Below, one piece after another: positions 63,906-64,000 of a stretch of 64,000 nt of DNA. Source of the DNA: an uncultured Chloroflexia bacterium (lineage in GTDB: Bacteria > Chloroflexota > Limnocylindria > Limnocylindrales > CSP1-4); the NCBI GenBank assembly GCA_963746845.1, contig CAVVCZ010000004.1, forward strand, positions 1,056,001 to 1,120,000. Direction: 5' to 3'. Positions within the stretch are counted from its first letter, which is position 1; each line of letters starts with the position of its first letter. Below the pieces are notes generated by a model, which did no database searches, had not been told where the DNA came from, and saw nothing but the letters and a program-made list of their open reading frames with translations. The position numbers and the translations under genes are program-made.

Positions 63906-64000
63906 CTTCCGCGCAGCGGCCGCCCGTCGCCTGTCCGAAGATCGCGAGCTGTCGCCCTCGATCATCAGCCTGCTGACGTCCGACAACGTCGGCCGGAGCG
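63892..64000 (+). CDS. 5' end of the gene downstream of parA, probably ParB (truncated by the window edge)
   Basis: GGAGGT SD then TTG overlapping the parA end; open frame MARPDFRAAAARRLSEDRELSPSIISLL...; identity inferred only from position. Confidence 0.55.
   Translation, partial: MARPDFRAAAARRLSEDRELSPSIISLLTSDNVGRS

Overview
A very GC-rich bacterial core-genome region with no integrase, transposase, prophage or CRISPR array. Gene content and protein style suggest Chloroflexota, possibly class Limnocylindria; this taxonomy is inference only. In order, the window holds: two convergent peptide ABC-transporter operons; an ECF sigma/zinc anti-sigma pair; the glycine cleavage operon, headed by a small ORF and a Nudix gene; a Rossmann/DUF2520 gene; acnA; MoxR-DUF58-membrane protein; tRNA-Val(CAC); a long dcw cluster (mraZ to ftsZ-yggS-yggT-yggU, lacking murE and murC, with three genes between ftsA and ftsZ); a LysM protein; rnpB; icd-sdhCAB-rnhA-META; sucCD; a propionyl-CoA/methylmalonyl-CoA operon; and parA plus the 5' end of a probable parB. 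The most notable signals are: (1) two copies of a 16-bp palindrome (consensus GTCTTTGCGCAAAGAC) and three DnaA-type boxes just upstream of parA, a candidate non-canonical parS near an origin; (2) four conserved genes (moxR, yggS, yggU, rnhA) that appear to need ATC or CTG start codons; (3) a small basic ORF embedded in the dcw operon; (4) a surface protein with an LPXTG-like TPPPTDT-TM-basic tail. All calls come from reading the sequence; no database searches were run.
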